A stretch of 64,000 bases of DNA. Source: Tubulanus polymorphus. Its lineage: Eukaryota > Animalia > Nemertea. A program made the position numbers and the translations under genes. The stretch spans positions 15,190,001 to 15,254,000 of the forward strand of contig NC_134025.1 of the NCBI RefSeq assembly GCF_964204645.1, given 5' to 3'. Below the pieces are notes generated by a model. It worked only from the letters and a program-made list of their open reading frames with translations. It ran no database searches and was not told the origin of the DNA. Shown piece by piece: positions 58,846 to 64,000 of this stretch (positions are counted from its first letter, which is position 1; every line of letters begins with the position of its first letter).

Positions 58846-60359
58846 TGTAGCGGAAAACGGGGGCAACACGGTGCTGCCCTCTCTCTTCTAATATGGCGGT
58901 CATTCTTCTGCTCATCAATTTGCTGCTTCAATCGTCATTCATCTAATATGTCAGGAGGTCTTGAAGGTAAAATCTAAAGTCTTCCAAGCCCGCTACGGAG
59001 TTCGCTCACGTCGAATGATTTCTGGTAGTGAAACCAAAAAGGGAAATAATATTTCACCGCAAGAGATGATCCTCATGAGAAACCGAGAGAGATAAATCTA
59101 TAAAATAGCCACGATTTGAAAATTATAGTCTGCTATGTTAAGATCGTGCATACCGAGCACGAATAGCCTATTTTCCGGTATACGGTTATCCTCAGCAACA
59201 TGTATCTTACATGCCCGTAAGGCCCACAGCATATAATTGAGTTGGCCACCCCAAATTATACCTGGATCTACCCTACATTCGACCGGTCTATAGAATAATC
59301 CCGTAACCCTCACTTCATACTAATGGCAGTCCAAAATCCTACCATAGATTCTCCCACCTATGGGCTGTAGGCTCAAAGTCCCTACTAAATAGTCCTCTGC
59401 TATTCGTCTCCACCATTTCAATCTTGTCAAAAAGCTGATATCATAAATAATTTTTCCTCAGTCCTTATTAAGGTTCTGACCATTCTCAATAGATAAGTCT
59501 GAAGCCGCATATAAAATACTGAATCTAATTATTAATTTATTAAAGTCATACTTTCTTATTATAATTCAAAGTGAATAAATATTAGGTTAATTCTACTATA
59601 TAACTTATTCTTTTCTTTATCGAATCTACCGTCTAAGTATCTCGTAAAAGAACAAAAACCTATTACGTAAACGTATTATCATATAATTCGAATCGACAAT
59701 CAAATCACGCAAATACGGTTCGAAGAGTAAATTAATGGAAGTTCAGACAAATCCAAGCTGTCGATCACAATCATCGTTGAAAACGATAAAAAGGAGACGG
59801 CCGGCCTGACTGACTTATTAATTATCAATAGTGAACCGATTACGTGAATGTCGGTCAGCCCGGTCAAAGACCGGAGCTGACCGACGAATCAACTGATGCT
59901 TACCAAGTCTGGCTGTCAACTGCCAAACTGAAATGATGGGAGTCAATACGACCGGTAAAACAGTTAATATCGTTAAATAATGATAATCGGTTGACCCCAG
60001 CATCTCAGCATGACAACGGGCAGCTCAGCCTGGTTACCCCACCCCGCTAGCCCAACAACTGACATGACAACCGACACACCAGCTGATAGCGCCGCCACTC
60101 GCGTGCTACGGACACTACCAGCATGATTAAAATTTACGGATACTTAGCCGGTTAAAAATACACATTTAAAGTAAGTGATCCCACCCCCCATCTATACAAC
60201 ATATCAATACACAATATCTATATACAGTATACATCTTAAATTCAACAAAAGTAAATAGAGTAACATCTAACAAACCTATCCCGCCCCCCTCTAAATATTA
60301 TTCCATTCAATTCAATTCAATACATTTGAATAAATACATACAATTGCACAAACGCTACA
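58846..60359 (-). repeat. 5' LTR (1514 bp)
   Basis: Adjacent to PBS; TG..CA ends. Confidence 0.95.
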
Positions 60360-60412
60360 CCTTTATATACATCAAATGAAGAATCGTATTATTATTCAAT
60401 TAATAACCATGT

Positions 60413-61090
60413 CACCGTTTATTTCCTTTACGAACAGATTGTTTTTTAGAAGTTGAAGGAGTTGATTTAGAATGTTTAGGGTTTCTTGTCTTTCCAAGAT
60501 TATAAAGCGTTTCTCTTAAGCTTGATCCTCCTTTCAGGCGTTTACCAGATTTTTCTACTTTTTTTCACGTATATTCCCTTTATGATTCCATTTATGCGCG
60601 CATGAGTGTATTTACGCAAAAAGTCCGTCCAAACAGAAACTATGTTCAGTCTCAGTTCATCTGCCACCTCTGATCCAACACTTTGTGTGACAAGTCCGAC
60701 AAAAACTGCTTCAAGATCCTTGTTTGGCAGAATTTTGTCTGTTGTAAGCTGAAAAATATGAACATTTAATTTATTTTGATGTGTATTTTTTGTTTTAAGG
60801 GCAATAAAAAATATTTTAAAACATTGTTTACTTACCCTGATAATTCTTTTTTTATGTTTTTGCAATTCGGTTACATTTACACAATTCATGATTTCGGTAT
60901 CAATTGATTTTACCATATCCATGAATTCTGGCTTGAATTTGTAAAGTCCACCTTTATCACGGCACCAAACTTCAACAGGCAATTTTGAACACTTGCTTTT
61001 GTCCAAAATTATCATTTTCGAAAGGACTCGAAGTTTTTTCTGGGCTTTTGTCTTACCCCTTCGACGTTCACGCTTATATAAAGAAAACAT
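60413..61090 (-). pseudogene. Mirror copy of 17325-18002 with a homopolymer frameshift near 60560
   Basis: Nearly identical protein to residue ~176, then shifted. Confidence 0.5.
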
Positions 61091-61717
61091 AAGTCACAGA
61101 CAGCCACCAGAAACAAGTGTTACCAATTGTATTTCATTGTTTTAATTTTGTAAATTAAGTAATTTCGTCTTAAATTGTTTCCCGTATGGTGCTGCCACCT
61201 TCTGGGATTACTTTCCTTCACAGGCATGCGAGGGTGAGAATTCAAGCTCAGTGATTGGCTGAGACTTTTTTGTTGTTGTTGTTCATCCAAAATGGTGGGA
61301 AAATCATAAGATGGGTCAGGCATTTTGTATGTAATAAATCTAATTTTGTAGCCTATCAAGATGGCTCCAGTGTGCCTTGATAATATATTTAAGTTAAACT
61401 ATGTATAGATCAGGCGCAGCAGCATTGAGATGGTGAAATTGTATACACACGACCGAAGTTTTATGGACTTTGAATTATAGGCAGATGTTGTCCTTGTCTG
61501 ACCTTGAATACGATTCTGTTACTGATATGAAACTGTCACCGTGATTGATAATGTTCGCTTGAATCTGCGACATTTTCCAGCACCATACCTGAAGAGGATC
61601 CACCTATTGTATTGTATATATTAAACAGTTGAAAATGACCCATAATTGCAACCGTTAGCAGTTAATGTTTGTCATTGACTCGATCTTGTTGTAGTAAGGT
61701 TTTTGTAGTTAATCGAC

Positions 61718-64000
61718 AGTAGTTAGGGTATGTCACTATGGTACCACAGTGGAGTGAGGGGAGGAGGGGGAGGGGGGATGACGTCATACCGGAAGTGACG
61801 TAATCCAAGATGGCGACCGGAAGTGACGTAATCCAAGATGGTTACCGGAAGTGACGTAATCCAAGATGGCGACCGGAAGTGGCGGTTAAAATTCAAATTT
61901 CAAATTTTTGGCGGGAAAATTCAAAATTTTTCCGCTAAATCCAAATCAATAAATTGACAACAAATCCAAATCAATTTATTGATGATGTTAAATCCAATTT
62001 TATTTATTGAGACCAAATCCAAATTTATTTATTGGGTACGACATCCTATGCGTGTGTGTGAGAGGAGGGGGAGGAGTAAATCCTAGATGGCGCTTTTCCA
62101 AGGAATCCCGAGTACGGGTGAAACGAAGTAAACCAAAAATTCAAAAAACAAATGTAAAACAAATTAATGTCAACAATTAAAAAAACATTTATTAACAATA
62201 AATACGCAATAAATAGAATAAATAAATAAATAGGTAACTATATTTTCACTCTGTTACATTAATATCCGTACGGAAGCATTCGGTTAAATCGGACTCAATA
62301 TTACGTATTTCTATACACGTGCGCGCGTAAGCGCGAACGTGTGCGTGTGTGTGTGTGTGTGCGTGAGAGGAGGGGGAGTGGGGGAATATTTCCAAGATGG
62401 CGTCTTTTAACGGCTATTGTGAAATCATGAACGAGTTTGGGCGAAATATATTTCGCAACAACAAGTGAAACCGTAAATCGTGTTCGGGCAAGTCATTTTC
62501 TGACAATAAAAACGTCATGTAAATCCATAAACTAATCATTCTGCTCAGAAACTTTGAACCGTCAACATCGACCTGTATCGCCCAGATGGATTCGACTAGT
62601 GGACAAACTACCTTAGAAATGTCAAGCACACCGATTCGAGCAAAGTCCTCTCTTCAATCTAGGAAAAGAAAACACCCCTCGCTCAAACTCGACTTTAGTA
62701 AGTTTTTATAACTATTCCGGTATTCGAAACCGTCAAATATTAAGTCATACGTATACTGATATAGAATATTTTTTATTGTTTTATAGGTTCAATCGTTAAT
62801 GACAACGCTGTTCCGTCGAAAGTTCAACGGAATACCTGGAACAATGACCCCGAGCCTCATTATCTTGCGCTTGTGTACGTGAGTGCGAAAACGTGGCAGG
62901 GGTTAAAACGTATAGATTTACGATCTTATGAGTGTTGCGAGCGTAGAAAACAACTGTATCCCACAAAGAACGGTATTTCGCTAGATCTCCAAGAGTGGGT
63001 ACATATAGATTATTGTAAAGCCGATATCGAACACGAAATTGCGCGCGTTAAAGAAGATATCGATTACGTAGGCGTGATGACCGTTGGTCGTTCGAACTTT
63101 ATCAAAATCTATAGATCTAGTCACGATCATCGTATTTACGTAGATATCCGAAAATATGATCTACACGATGAGCTTTTCGACGTAACTCCGACTAGATGCG
63201 GTGTAAAACTAACATTGGAACTATGGAAAAAGTTGAAAGACATTAATTTTAACGAAGATATACCCGAACTAACCAATATGAAACCGTGTTGGTATGACTC
63301 GAGTCACTCGAATCAAGAATATAGGTGCGCCTATTGCGCTAAAGACACCAGCGGTGTTAGAAAAGCGCCTGAATACGGTGTAATGATCACCCAAGTATAA
63401 TTTCACAGATATTAATTAAATAATATTTATATCATAACCGATTAACAAAATGTGTAAAAAACATCAATTTATATACGTTAGTTTGCGTTAAACTCTCAGA
63501 TAGAAATAAGTATCCGAAATAACTAATCCAGGACTTCATTAAGATCCGCTCTAACCAATGAGGATTAACTAAAGTAGTGAGTTTCTATCTTTTATGAGAT
63601 TTATGGTTTTTTCGTGTATAGGTATATGGCCTATGTTTATCTATAATATTTATAAAAATATTTATGTTTTTTAGGACTAAATAAAACATTTATTGAATAA
63701 AAGATTTCATTTTTGACTCATTCTGATTTAACAATACGTTAATCTAGCATTTCGTTGCTATCCAGACCCATGATACCATATACCGACAAAGAAGGCAATT
63801 AATTGATTTAGATCAATACATGACCACGATTGGGGAAAATAGGTGTGAGCAAAACCAATTACCTAGACTAGTAGCAGATGGATCGATAGTATCCAAACAC
63901 CATTAATTATATGTGGAAGACGAAGGCAATTAAGTGATTTAGATCGGAGACACGTCCGAGATGGGAAATTATGTGTGAGGTTTCAAACCAATTACACTAG
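61718..64000. mobile_element. Mirror copy of the Maverick/Polinton terminal region starting AGTAGTTAGGG
   Basis: Reverse complement of 14408-16697. Confidence 0.6.
62586..63400 (+). CDS. Mirror copy of the spliced tandem-PC4 gene (intron 62698-62786)
   Basis: In-frame splice TTT A|GT TCA; differs from left copy by a 3-nt indel and a T/A substitution. Confidence 0.78.

Larger units (their letters stand above)
49884..60359 (-). mobile_element. Ty3/Gypsy LTR retrotransposon with three LTRs, 4-bp TSD CCTT
   Basis: TGTAGCG..CGCTACA termini; CCTT at 49880-49883 and 60360-60363; empty site in left arm at ~18051-18054; PR-RT-RH-IN order. Confidence 0.97.
38443..64000. repeat. Right arm of the giant inverted duplication, interrupted by Gypsy at 49884-60359
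   Basis: Reverse complement of 14408-29488 with only scattered substitutions and small indels. Confidence 0.97.

Noticed and set aside
50136-60003. Short ORFs repeated three times (71 aa and 61 aa)
   Set aside because: Lie within the LTRs; short, no recognisable motifs
36890-60570. Frameshifts at ~36898, ~41987 and ~60560 as biological inactivation
   Set aside because: All are homopolymer length differences and may be sequencing errors; not interpreted
16697-61718. ACTACT at 16692-16697 and AGTAGT at 61718-61723 as the two TIRs of one 45-kb Polinton
   Set aside because: They face outward (element bodies lie outside the interval) and are simply mirror copies created by the giant inversion

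Overview
Repeat-dense stretch of an animal (probably invertebrate) nuclear genome with no convincing host gene. (1) 1-13258: two decayed, very AT-rich endogenous Polinton-like virus copies joined convergently at ~1190. The larger copy (minus strand) encodes pPolB, an SSB-like protein, putative minor and major capsid proteins and several membrane proteins. It ends in a ~400-bp imperfect hairpin, and almost every gene starts at a poxvirus-like TAAATG promoter. (2) 13259-16697: the end of a second, nuclear-type Maverick/Polinton with an AGTAGT terminus, a YY1/ETS/CRE/E2F repeat array and a spliced tandem-PC4 gene. (3) 14408-29488 is mirrored almost perfectly at 38443-64000 (inverted repeat of at least 15 kb that runs off the window). 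Each arm carries a 7-exon P-element-like transposase, a relic of the hairpin element and a truncated LINE. The inner junction sits at the truncated 5' end of a tandem Penelope element with hammerhead ribozymes. (4) Only the right arm carries a three-LTR Gypsy insertion (49884-60359, CCTT target-site duplication). The best candidate for an undescribed system is the hairpin-ended Polinton-like virus with poxvirus-type promoters, possibly a virophage-like parasite of a cytoplasmic large DNA virus. All family assignments come from motif reading; no database search was run.
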